Shown piece after piece: positions 25,811 to 38,226 of a stretch of DNA of 64,000 bases. The stretch spans positions 1,550,001 through 1,614,000 of the forward strand of contig JAQFVV010000009.1 in the NCBI GenBank assembly GCA_028023455.1, in the 5' to 3' direction. Both the position numbers and the translations under genes were made by a program. Position 1 is the first letter of the stretch; every line of letters starts with the position of its first letter. The notes under the pieces are model-generated. The model ran no database searches, was not told the DNA's origin, and was given only the letters and a program-made list of their open reading frames with translations. The DNA is from Epiperipatus broadwayi. Lineage: Eukaryota > Animalia > Onychophora.

Positions 25811-26947
25811 TGTTTTCTTTACGTCTTTGCACCCAAGTTTAATAAATTTTTGCTTAGAAACTTTAAGTAGCTGGATATATATACAATGAGTGAAACTGAA
25901 AAAGTTCAGATACAAAACCTAAAGTTCAGCAATGTGAAATTTGCAAGACCTTCTGTGTAGGAGATGAAACTTTTGAAAAACATCTCCAATTTCAGAAGCA
26001 TAAAGATAGAGTAAAAGGGAAAATGACTGATGATACTAATAAGAAAGATAGTTTGCTTAATAAGAAAAATGAAAATCTGATAAGCAATCTAGTAAAGATA
26101 GATCAGAATCAAAGTAAAGAAAAAGAAGTTCAGACAGAGATAAAAGAGTAAGTACTAGAGATAGAGATAGGTATGCTAGACAAAGTGCTCAAAGATGCAA
26201 TGCTGATTATTCCAAAGATGGTTTTGAAAGGAGACCATATTATTTTAGATCACCTCATTGTAATTTTCATGATAAAACATCTAGAAAACATCATTCAGGA
26301 GAACCACGCAAAAGAGAATCAGATTCAGGAGGTGAAATAAGGTATGTATCTGGTTCTGATTGGGAAATTATGGATGAAACTAATAAATTACAAAGAAAGT
26401 CAAGCTGTAGCTAATGAGACCACAAAGGCTAGTCCCAAAGAAACAAAATCTGATATTAATGAAAATTCTTCTGACAAAAATGAAGCACAACAATTGAGTA
26501 AAGGAAGTAAAACTGATGCTGAAAATAAGACAAACCTATCCAAAGATTCTATGAATGGAAACAAACATTCAAATGGTGGTGATGAAAATTCTAAGGACAA
26601 AAACACAAAGTTACAAAATGATTTTTTCAAACAAACATAACTATGATCAACATTGTGCTGGAAATAAACATAAAGAAAATACAGCTGGTCCAAACAAAAA
26701 GGTGGCTAAAATTCAAGGCAAGATTGATCAATGTTCTGAATCATTATTAGGATTGTCTCTGGTTTTGGATGTGTCGTGTCCATTTACTGAACCCCACTGC
26801 TTGATGGTGTTGTTTTTCACAAAACGTACATCAATATATCATTTTAGTGGCCTTAACTTATGGCTGACACTACAATAGATCATTTTTTTGAACAGTAACA
26901 GGCCACCTGAAGGTGATGTCTATGATGATGTAATGAAATACCATTGC
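25811..26947 (+). pseudogene. Non-retroviral fragment encoding matrin/U1-type (zf-met/JAZ-like) C2H2 zinc fingers and an RS/RD-rich region; probable captured host sequence
   Basis: ATG at 25886; CEICKTFCVGDETFEKHLQFQKH (C-x2-C-x12-H-x5-H, 25933-26001); RKRSSDRDKRVSTRDRDRY; second degenerate finger YKMIFSNKHNYDQHCAGNKH; several frameshifts and stops. Confidence 0.7.
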
Positions 26948-29933
26948 ATTGCCAAGATTTATATTTTTTTAATGAACATCTCTATCTCTGTACCCATGCC
27001 CGGCCAATACATATAACTGTGGGCTACCACTTTTGCACAAACAACCCCTGGATGCCCTTGATGTAACATTTCTAATATTTTAGAATGTCTGACAGGGGGA
27101 ACCAATACTTTATCTGCCATTACAATGCATCCCATTAATGTTGATAATTGTTTGCGCATATTCCATACGGACTTATGTAAATAGTGAGGTTGTTTGCTGA
27201 ACCATCTTTTTTTAATCCAGTTTACAAGTGTCTGGTATCCATCTGTTTTTTGGGACCACCTGGATATAGTGTTGCTATTTATAATTTCCAGATTCCAATG
27301 ATCTAAGTAATTTGTCTACTTCAGTGTCCATTTTTTCTATTACATCTGGTGTGCATGATAGGGCATCCACTTGCTGTATTTGACTACCTTTCTGATATAC
27401 TAATTTATAATCATAAGAAGATAGCAAATTATACCAGTGAATCACTTGTGAGTTCAAATGGTCAGGTGGGGCTTTTTTATTGGTGAATATTCCCAGCAAT
27501 GGATGGTGGTCTGTTATTATTTTAACTAATCATTTGTAAATGTATTGGTGGAATTCTGATATACTAATTTATCATCGTAAGAAGATAGCAAATTATACCA
27601 GCGAATCATTTGCAAGTTCAAATGGTCAGGTGGGGCTTTTTTATTGGCAAATATTCCCAACAATGGATGGTGGTCTGTTATTATTTTAACTGATCAGTTG
27701 TAAATGTATTGGTGGAATTTTGAACCACTGATATAATGGCCAATGCCTCCTTGTCCAGTTGGCTGTAATTTTTTTTCAGCTTTTGACAATGTTCTAGACA
27801 TGTATGGTATTGGGCATTCGCTATTCTGTGATGTATGACTGAGTACCACCCCAATTCCATATTTGGATGTGTCCATTTTTAATATTATGTCAAGGTTACT
27901 GTTGTAATGTACTAACAATTGGTTTGACGTAAGCAGTGCTTTCATTTTCTGAAAAGAGCTATCTTGTGGTTCCTTCCAACACCTTCATTGATTTTTGCCA
28001 AGTAATTCATACAAAGGTGTGGTTACATGTGCCTTTTCCTTCAGAAAATTTTTAAAAAAATTGACGAATCCCAAAAAAGCCTGCAGTTCCTTGACATTTG
28101 TGGAGGGTAGCACATTTATGATAGCTTTAATTTTACCCAGATCGGGTCTAACTCCTGTGCTTGATATAATGTGTTCTAAAAACTTTATTTATTTAGCACA
28201 CCAAATACACTTTTGCATGTTTAGTTTTGCCCCAAACTTTTCTAGCCTTTTGCAAACCTTGTCTAATCTAATTTGCAATGCCACTTTGGAGTCTGTTGTT
28301 ACCAATATGTCAACAAGATATGGCATTGCTCCCACCAATCCTTCCAATAGCATGTCTATTTTAGCTTGAAAAGCATTCGGGGTGATTTTTACACTGAAAA
28401 GTAAATGATTTTAATTACATAATCCCTTGTGTGTTGTTATGATAAGGAGCACCACCGTTTTCTATGTCACCGGAATCTGATGAAAAACGGTATTTAAATC
28501 TAACTTTGCAAAGTAGTTTGCACTTTCCAATCCAGCTAATATCTCTCTCACATTTGGAACAGGGTATGGGCTTTTTGCCATATTTTTGTTTACAGTCAGC
28601 CTGTAATCCTTGCATATTTGGATTTGTCCATTTTGTTTTGTTATGACAACTATAGGAGTAGCCCATTCTGAGTCTTCGAACTTGCAGTGAATTGCTTTTG
28701 CACCTTCATGAAGCTCAATTTCCACAGCTGGTGTATTGATTCATCCCTGCTCTTTGGCTAACAGTTTAGGGAATTTAAGTTTTACTTCTCTTTCTATGTT
28801 AATTTTGTTTACCATACATATTTTAATGCCTATTGGGTAAACCATTCCCTACCTAATAGAGGTACTATATTGCCCTTTCCAATATAAAGGCTTATTTTTT
28901 TCAGTGATTTTTTATGGCTACCATAACTTCTACTACCCCAACTATTTGAATCGGATTTTATGTCATTTGCCTTGAGCTCTGTTTTAGCTAATTTTGGCTG
29001 GTTTTTGATGTTTTTAATTATCTCAGACCAATCCCTTTGTGATATGATGGATACTCTGGCTCTGCTGTCTATCTCCATTTCTATAGCTTTGTTACATATC
29101 TGTACTGCCAACATTATTTGTTGACCACTTTTGATCTCTGCCTTATTTATTTTGGTATAACATTCAGATTTGGTGTATCTGTTTACTGGAGATTTATCAT
29201 TAGCATAAGTTTTGCTTTTAGTATGGCAAACTTTTTCCAGGTGTCCCACTCTCCCGCATTTATTGTATTTTGCATTTTTCCAGCTGCATTCATGTGCAAT
29301 GTGGCCAATTTTTCCGCAGCAATAACATTTAGTTTTCAAGTTTGGTAGCTCTTCTGTTTTGCTTGTTTTACATATTGAAGTTTGTTTTGTAGCCTCCAGG
29401 TTAGCTTGTTGGAATTCTTTGGAGCTGCTTAGAACTAGTTTGTAGTCATTCCTCTTTTGATGGCCTTAGAATATGTCAGATCTGGGATGGCTAACAATTG
29501 TTAATGTAGTTTTTCATCACTCATTCCCCATAAGAACTGTTTTAATAATGCTCCCTCTAGGTAATCTCCATAAGCACACTTTTATGCCAAATCCCTTAGG
29601 CAGTATCAAAATCTTTACAGTTTTTCCTCTTTACTTGCCGTCTGTTGCACAAGTATAGGCAAGCAATGTGCTTTAATGGCTCTGTGCTGAAATGATTATT
29701 CAGCCACCTAACTTGATCAGAGTACAGTAATCCTTCTGGCTCTTTGGGTCTGCATAACTGGTTTGCAACTTCAATTATACCTGGTTCTCTGAAAAGTTAA
29801 GTGTGGCCACTTTCATTATGCCATCTTTGATTTTGTTGACAATGAAGTAATATTCAATATGTTTTGTATATTGTGGTCACTCGGAAAGACTATTAACATC
29901 GAATTCACAAATACCTAGCTGTGTTGTAGCCAT
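26948..29933 (-). pseudogene. Decayed gag-pol (gag, double CCHC knuckle, protease, RT, RNase H, integrase zinc domain)
   Basis: MATTQLGICEFD; CYCCGKIGHIAHEC..KCGRVGHLEKVC; EIDSRARVSIIS; EWATPIVVITK.NG.I.IC.DYR; FAKLDL; MDTSKYGIGVVLSH..SRTLSKAE; LHQGHPG..YWPGM. Confidence 0.9.
27391..27718. repeat. 164-bp tandem duplication inside the RNase H region
   Basis: 27391-27554 repeats at 27555-27718 with scattered substitutions. Confidence 0.9.
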
Positions 29934-30005
29934 CTTTCTTGGTGACTAACCAGTAACACCTTTTCTCATTCTTTGTAAGTTTGACCCATTTTGTCCTCCC
30001 TTCGA

Positions 30006-30020
30006 CTATCAACTGCACCA
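30006..30020 (-). other. Primer binding site, probably tRNA-Ser
   Basis: TGGTGCAGTTGATAG lies 1 nt from the LTR end; it differs from the complement of an arthropod-type tRNA-Ser 3' end (TGGCGCAGTCGGCAG, recalled from memory) only by C>T/G>A transitions. Confidence 0.65.
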
Positions 30021-30021
30021 A

Positions 30022-30595
30022 TTATATGCTATGTTCGGCTGTTATTGATTACAACCACCTATTTTGTTATTACGAACATAAACTAGCATACATGTTAAAA
30101 AAAGAAATGAACTCTCAGGATGACAGTCAGGTTAAACTATTTAATGACAAATTAGAAATGTTACAATAAATAATTATTTGCAATTAATTATTGTAATAAA
30201 ATAATACAAAATTTATACAAGTACTTTTACCGTACATTTACCTATGCCCCGAGGTTTATTAACAAACAATAATATAGACTGAGATGGCCTTTAATTTTGC
30301 CTAGATCCCTCCTTTGCAACCTCAGTTGGGATTCACTGGGTAAGAAGACCAGTCCAGGTCCTTCTTCTTAGCAATGTCCAATCTTCAATAGCAAATACTT
30401 TTTATAGGTAGTTCCCCTTCCAGATTGTGAGCATTAGGATCTAGTGGGCATTCCACTCTATTGGTCATTTATATTTATTCATGTGCTTATTGGTTTGCAG
30501 TGTTACATGCTCAACCCATTTTAAATCATGCTCGATCTGAGCAAGTCTATAGAAAACTTGTTGTGCATGTATTTTAATTTGCGCAGCACACAGCA
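30022..30595 (-). repeat. 5' LTR of the Gypsy element
   Basis: Direct repeat of 22956-23564, followed by the PBS and the gag ATG at 29933. Confidence 0.9.
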
Positions 30596-31226
30596 GTAGC
30601 TTTATCTTATTATTGGAGAATATAAACAAAGTTGAAGTTTAGATACAATGGAATTAAGGTTTTAGTTTTTAATAAATTTATTTTTATTTCCGAACTTAAG
30701 TTTTTATTTTAAATTAATGTAACGGCATATTTATATATCGTTACAATATATATTTGTGGGTAATTTTGATTTAATGAAGTTAAGAAAATTTAATATACAG
30801 GTAATATTTAAAAATGTCTACTCACTCCCCCTCCCTCTTTTTCTTTTTGCTTCCTCTGTTCTAAACAGAAATAAATAATTTTTATTAATTATTTTAATCC
30901 CTTTAATTTTCATTTGAATAAATTATTAATTAGTAGCCTTTTTTAAAATTTATTTGTTAATATAAACAATTATAATGGTTGATTTAATTTTTTTAAGACT
31001 GATCTGCTGACTAAATTCTCACATTAAAAAAAAAAAAAAAATTAAAAACTCAACTGGTATTTAAGATGACCAGATGTCTTGGATTGTATAATATATTCTT
31101 GGATTTTATTGTTAAGTCATATTTCAATAAACTGTTCAGGATTTTGTAAATAGTGCTGTGTTTGTATCTATCTTTATAAGATAAAAGATATTTTTGCATG
31201 ATCAAAATAGAGCTACTATTGTATAT

Positions 31227-31510
31227 TTGATTGTTTGTTTTAGAAATATTTGTTATAGAACTTGCATGCATACACGGTACATATTATTATATCATTGTAT
31301 AATTGATTGTTTGTTTTAGAAATATTTATTTATAGAATTGGCATGCATACACTATACATATTGTTATATTATTATATTATTGTTTGTTTTAGAAGTATTT
31401 ATTATAGAACTTGGTGTATACACACTACATATACTGTTATATCTTTATATAAATGATTAATTGTTTTAGAAATGTTTATTATAAAACTTGCATACATACA
31501 CTGTACATCT
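31227..31510. repeat. ~76-bp minisatellite, ~4 units
   Basis: TTGATTGTTTGTTTTAGAAATATTT..TATAGAAC..CATACAC recurs at about 31227, 31303, 31379 and 31456. Confidence 0.85.
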
Positions 31511-31731
31511 TTCTAAAACAACATAAATTATATAATTTATTTTATAAAATTTTGATAATTTATTTGAAATGCAACTGTATTAATAAAATTAGACACATGA
31601 ATAGAAAGAGTTATAAAAGAAGAAAACTCTCATGTTAATATATAAAGGATGGTAGATATTTTTGATCTTTAATAAAATGTAAATCTATATCTAGTATAAA
31701 ATTAAACAATTATAAACTAATGATTTGCATA

Positions 31732-32258
31732 TTAATAATTTTTATTAACCAATCATTAGACTAGAAATCCATTTAATGAATATTTCTATAGTGTAATTTT
31801 CACTATACCAGTCTTATGCAAGATAGGGATTGGTTTCTATTCACTTTTAACAACTTGTATAAAGGTGGTGTAGTAAACATTGCATTACAGAAGTATTATT
31901 CATTAAATAGATCATTTCTAGTTTAATGAATGACTAATAAAAATTATTAACATACTTCCATCAAGTGATTTGTGTCAAAGTTGTGAAGGAAGTAAGTTTA
32001 ACACATCAATTAAACTGCAGTAATTCTCTATCTATATATATTGAATAATGATGAAGATATGTGTAAGAGAATGTGTTCTGAGCAAACTGATGAATGCTGG
32101 TTCAGCATAAAATGTGCACCTTGGGGATCATACATATTTTTTGTAATATGTTTATGATTACATCCCTCCACAAGATGTTAAAAGTGCATAGAAACCAATT
32201 CCTACCTTACATGAGAGTAGTATGGTGAAAATTGTACTACAGAAATATTATTCATTAA
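31732..32258. repeat. Nested fold-back structure enclosing a hammerhead-like motif
   Basis: 31732-31790 is inverted at 31898-31950 and 31776-31870 is inverted at 32161-32258. Confidence 0.75.
32080..32126 (+). ncRNA. Minimal type I hammerhead-ribozyme-like motif (degenerate)
   Basis: CTGATGA-ATGCTG-gtt-CAGCAT-AAAA-TGTGCAC-C-TTGGGG; the paralog at 39046-39077 retains GAAA. Confidence 0.6.
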
Positions 32259-33934
32259 TGATTTGAAGATTTATTAAATAATTAAGTTTCTAAAATTAAT
32301 GCACTAATAAATTAAATTTACAAAATTTATTTAATTGCAGATTTTTATAATTGTAATCTGTATTAATCATAATCATCTTAATATATTCTTCACAAATTTC
32401 TTAAATTAACAATTGGTTATCACAAATTATTTCTAACATAAAACTATAAAACTATTATTTAGCACTTCTTTCTTTAATTATTATTTTTTTCTTGCAATTA
32501 TTATCTTTTTAATATGAACTTATATTTCATTATATATTACAGCAAACCTATTTTCTTTCAACATTTTTTTCTAACTATTCTTGCTAGCTTTATTAGTTTT
32601 ACTGAAGAAGAAAAAAGTATGATTTTATTATTTGGGAGTTCATAAGAAAATTGAGCATTGGAAGTGAAGAAATGGAGTTGCAATCTGGACCTTGGGTTTA
32701 TTTGTTCACTGAAGCTTTCTGTATAGACTTCCACTTTCTACAGCATTTATTTTTAATTTTCTTCTCTCTATTACTTTATTGATCTTATTAACTAATCTTT
32801 TTTTGTTTTTCTTTCTCTGTTTTTATCACAACTTTTAATTTTTTCCCATTAGCATGCTGTAGTTTATATTTACTTTCCTAGCTAACAAATTAAGAATTTT
32901 CATTTAGAAGTTTTTTTCAGTCTATCAATAGCTCGCTTCCTGCTTGGTAAATATCTTACAATATACAGTACATATTTCACTATCTTTTAATGGAAAGTTG
33001 TTTTTTTTTAATAAATAAATGATATTCTAGCTATGTCTTTATAATTTATGTTAGCCTAAGATGTGCATCTGTGGTTTTAGAATACAAGTATCTTTTTTTT
33101 TTTAAATTTAGATCGATTTCATAATTAATCTAGTTGCTTTAATTTATTAAATTCCAATATTTAAATTTGTTGTATTTACTTTTAATGTATTATTAGATTA
33201 TACTTTAATCATGTAAAGGTAAAACAGACTTGAAAAAGACTGTTAGCGTAGACCTCTTCAATAACCTTTTGTAAGTGAATAGTTAAAAAATAGATATTAT
33301 TTACTAAATTTGTTAATTTCCAGATGGTGAAGATTTCAGATATTTCATTCTTACTTTATTTTCTCTAGAAAAAAATTTAGTTATTCATTTATCAAACAAT
33401 ATTAGGTAGTAGATTGGGTTGACTATAGTCCAGCTACCTGAGATTAAAATCCTACATTGGATTAGAACTTGAAAAAGGCATTCTGGTTTTGGTTGTATTT
33501 GAACACAGGCAATATTTATCACAAACAAATGAATTATCCCTACATCATTTAATCTTTTTATATGTATGGCACTCATTCAAAATCAAGTGTGGCTATTCCA
33601 ACTCCACAAAGATATTAAAACTGCTCTTGAAATGGATTTTGAAATGAGTATACAATTCAATTTGCAAAACATAAATACATCCATATATAGAATATTCTAG
33701 TCAGTTTTTTTTGTTTATATGATATTTTGTAGTGCTATCTTTTAATTTCCTTAGCAGAAAACATTTCTTTCTAAAATACTTCAATTCCATGTTTAATTGT
33801 AGCTCTCACATGTCTTCTATTCTCTGCCATATTTTCACAATATAAATAATTAATATTGCACTTCTTTATAATGCCTCTGTAATAATCATTATAATGTAGA
33901 TAGGGTCTACCTCTACTATAACAACTATGCAGTT

Positions 33935-34584
33935 CTTATGTCTTATCCTGTCTACTAAGCTTGGCAGACAATTTATTTTAAATATACTGTTTAAGGGCAT
34001 ACAATAAATATTAAAAAAACAAAATGGTTGACAAATAGTGGCTGTATTTAATATTTCCTTTCTTTTATTTTTTTTATTATTATTAATTACAATATTTCCA
34101 CTTTATTTTTATTTTTTATTAATATAAAAAAAAATGTAATGCTATAATAAAAGTAAATATAATGTGTAAACACCAATGTCTTTTATATTAAAACAGTAAT
34201 CAAATATCCTCATTTACTTGTCTTTATAAATAATAAAACACTTTTATAGGCATTATTTACAAAGGGTAAGTGAGGATATTTGATTACTATTTTAATATAT
34301 ATATCAGCATTTACATGTTACATATAAGAATACATGAAATGTCTTTATATGTTTATACATGAAATGTCTTTATACACATTTATAATATTTATCTTTTATT
34401 TGTTACTGTTAGTTGTAATTAATTATAATATTTCCACTTCACTTTTTTTTGTATCAATATAAAAAAAACAGAAATGTAATATTATAATATATATATATTA
34501 AATACAACTGCTACCTGTATGCCTTGAAACTGTATATTTTAAAAAAATTGTCTGCCAAGCTTAGTAGACAGGATAATGCATAAG
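33935..34584. repeat. Fold-back element
   Basis: TTATCCTGTCTACTAAGCTTGGCAGACAAT (33943) is inverted at ~34545-34576; inner palindrome 34195-34288; hammerhead-like remnant at 34591-34616. Confidence 0.75.
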
Positions 34585-34895
34585 TATTAACCATGCTCAA
34601 GTTCAGCATAAAACACTTTTTTAGGAAGGCTTATATTATTCATTTGTTATATATGTACTGCATTGTTCATTAGTTTTATGTGTATAATCCAAATGATTGG
34701 TGTAATTTAAAACAATGGACACTATAGCATCACTTCCAAAAAAAATGAAGAGCTTATTGATTGTGTTTATGATCTTTACATTGTATTTTTAATATTTTAT
34801 GAGGCAACCTTAAATGAAACTTTGTCTTTATATTGCATTGATCTCAATTCCATACAATAAAATAGGTAAAATAACAGCACTATATAGAGGTAGTA

Positions 34896-35056
34896 GACTA
34901 TTTCCATTATGTAATATGTGTATTGAATGTCTTTAGAAAAATTTAACTTTATTTAAATATTCCAAATTACTAACAGTTGAATGTATTTAGAATATTTAAA
35001 TAAAGTTAAATTTTTCTAAAGACATTCAATACTCATATTAGATGATGGAAATAGTC
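34896..35056. repeat. Near-perfect AT-rich palindrome (~70-bp arms)
   Basis: GACTATTTCCAT..GTATTGAATGTCTTTAGAAAAATTTAACTTTATTTAAATATT is mirrored across a ~25-nt spacer. Confidence 0.85.
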
Positions 35057-35579
35057 CAAACAATAAATACAACTGAAACACCATCATCACAAACCTTCAG
35101 GAAAACATTATATAGAGCTAGTTTAGTTATAGTAGTTATTTCCCTGTGATAAAATGCTCACTCTTTTAACTTTAGCAACAGCACATTAAAGTCTGTGTTG
35201 TACTTCAACATCTAGGTGCACCATTGTACTAATTATACTGCTATCGTATTTAAATTAGTTTGGATTCTCAAATTTATAATCACCCAAGCTAAAAGCTGCT
35301 ATGGAATTTTTCTCTATCATTTGTGATAAAGAACTTGAGTGTTTTAACATTTATTAATAAACCCCTTTTTTTTATGTTGCATTCAAAATATTTTCATTCT
35401 GTAAATGATCTTTTGAACAGGCAAAAATAGTGCAGTCATCAGCACACTGGATATTCAGAATTCAAGAGGTGAAGTTCTTGTTTTTACTTTTAACTGATTA
35501 AAATTAAAAATTAAGTTATTAAAACTGCATTTCTGTTTCATGTAAAGCAACTTAACAATTGTCATAAAAATTGAAAAAA

Positions 35580-37800
35580 ATGTTGATGCATCTTTATTTA
35601 ACATCAGTTTACATTTCAAATGTCTATAGATTTTCCATCTGTAGCAAAAATACTTCTTTTCATCTTTTCATGTAGAAGTTGTATAATATCAATAAACTTT
35701 GATGGACAACCAAGTAGTTTCAAACATATGCATACTTCTGTTCTATTAATTGAATCAAATGTCTTGACCAAATCAATATAAGCTAAATATAAGTGATATA
35801 TACCCCCCCCCCACTTTTCTTGCATTTGCCTGGCAACAACACCAAATCTGTAGTAATTCTTGATTCTCTAAAATGACATTGAGTCTCTGGTAACCATTCA
35901 TCTATAACTGAAAGCAATCTATTCAACAAATTTTTTGAAAGTACTTTTACTGCAGTGGATAATAATAATGTTCCATGATAGTTATTGCAATCTCGCCTAT
36001 TCCCTTTTATTTTTAAATATTGGCACAATAGAAGCATTCTTAATATGAATGACATAATTTTTTGGTTCCATATATTTCTAAAAAATTTCCAATACTTTTG
36101 AAGTTAACATATTTCCAAATGTATAACTTCTCTAGATATTTTATAAAGACTTCCTTTCCATTTTAAAATTATAAAGAGCTATTTTGACTTCTCTAAGTGA
36201 TGTCTTTGTCCAAATCTAAATGAGTAAATAAAATGGATGTATCATTAAATGTCATCACCTCCATTCTTACATCATTATTCAAAAGATAATCAAAATACTT
36301 CTGTTCAAAATATTATTTTCATCATATATAAAAATGCTATTGCTGGATTTAATAGGATTGTGATATTGTTTCTTAAGTCCATAACTTGCTTTCATTACAT
36401 CAAAAAAAGATCTAGAATGACCATGATCAGTGAATGTCTGCATCTTCTTTGTAGTTTTAATCCACCAACAATTTTAGAATCTTCTTCACAATCATTGAAC
36501 TTCTATAGTCAGATCTTTAGATTTATTATGAAGTTTCATATGTAAGCCACATTTCTTTTAATTAAATTACTAATAATAAGATCATTGGCAGGAAAACAGT
36601 CATTATTCTTCTTTTTAGTGAAACCAAGAATAAATTTATTTGTATTCTTAACACAATCCTGAAGAGAATTCCATTGTTAAATAATATGATAATCATGGAA
36701 GTCCAAATTAGCAATTTTAGCATTTAATATCTATTGAAATTTATAATACGTAGTAAATCCTTCTAAAGAATAAACATCAATTTTTTTGTGAACATAATTG
36801 AAATAAAACCCACTTTTTAATGCATCTATCATTTTAATCTTGAAGTTTAGTAATCTATGATCTATTTAACAATCTGGTGCTCACATATTATAAAATTTTT
36901 AATTATGACTTGTAACTATAATATAATCTATTAAATGCCATTGTTTTGGCTGTGGACACATTATGTTTTTTATAGCTGTTTTTCTCCCTAAATAAAGTAT
37001 TTGTAATAGTCAATTATTTCCAACAACTTTTAATCAAAGTCTACTATTTGTGCCAACATAAATTAAAGTCTCCATGAAGAAAAATTTGTTTTTTTTTAAA
37101 GTTAAATGATATAATAATACTATTGAACAAGGAACAAATCTTTGAATTCCCATGAATCTAAAATTGGAGCACAGTCACTAATACCATTGTGCAGGACAAA
37201 TTTTAAGTCCATTAATATTTCATTGATACAACAAAGAATTCCAAAAAATATAAAATACTAAATTAGACTTCATAGAAAATACAAAATACGCATTCTCTTT
37301 TCACTGACTGTTCAATCATTCCAAAAAAAATTGTAGCCATCCACTTGTTCTTGTAAACTTTCTTCCTTGGGAAAATGAGTTTCACTGATAGTAGCTATAT
37401 TGATTTTAAATCTTGACAGCTTCTTAGCCACCAATACAGTTCTCCATTCTGATCTTGAAGAGTTTGTATCAAGTAATTTGCACATTCCTTGTACTTATAT
37501 TTAGGTGGAAGTTAGATTTATAATCTCCTGCTTTATCATTACTACTAAAATTATTATTATTCCTATCACTGCAATAAATAATCTTCTGAGAATGATAACC
37601 TAGCCAGTCTGTGTAAGACAGGCCATTTTTAGATTGCATTTTCTATGCAACTAGGCTATCTAAATATTCAATCTTTGCCAGCTGGAATACCTGCATCAAA
37701 TCCACTATTAAACAGACATTAGTGACTGAATTACTTCAAGCAAAGATCCAACTAAGAACTGTCAGTCGTGTATCTATCACAGCTTTTTTAATTCTTGGAG
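35580..37800 (-). mobile_element. RTE (BovB-like) LINE: 5' UTR, AP endonuclease and RT N-terminal half; 3' part missing
   Basis: LVAKKLSRFKINIATISETHFPKEESLQEQVDGYNFFW (APE); KGNRRDCNNYHG..LLNRLL..LPETQCHFR; YLAYIDLVKTFDSINR..GCPSKFI. Confidence 0.85.
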
Positions 37801-38226
37801 TTTTGAGCTAAAAAAAAAAAAAAGAATTTGAATCAGAAATTATGTGTAGAGTTAAAAAATGGAAATATTGCTTTACAAATATACAATCCTATTGACATAA
37901 TTAGCACTTAAAGATGTACAATGGTATAAGAGCTCATGATAATCAGGCTCTATACTAACTTATTTGACAAGAAAGTAATAAAGGAGACAGAAAAGACTGT
38001 GTGTATTGGAAACAATAACTAGCCTTTGATGAAACAATATCTTATCGTATTAAACAGAGAAAGGTACTTTCGAATGAATACTATTTATTTATACTCAAAC
38101 TTCATATTTGAAAGTCATCCCACTATTGATCATCTGTGGTACCCCTTAGTAGCCTGAGCATAGCACCCAACATATCATATGGTCTTTGTATTTAAATATA
38201 TATATCTGATTATTTTTAATACATAT

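Larger units (their letters stand above)
22956..30595 (-). mobile_element. Rearranged Ty3/Gypsy (Mag-clade-like) LTR retrotransposon, ~7.6 kb
   Basis: Two direct LTRs, PBS, PPT and decayed gag-PR-RT-RH-IN in Gypsy order. No matching TSD (TCATC vs GTAGC). Confidence 0.9.

Noticed and set aside
31227-31510. CRISPR-like repeat array
   Set aside because: Whole ~76-bp units are similar with no unique spacers, in a eukaryotic context; it is a minisatellite.
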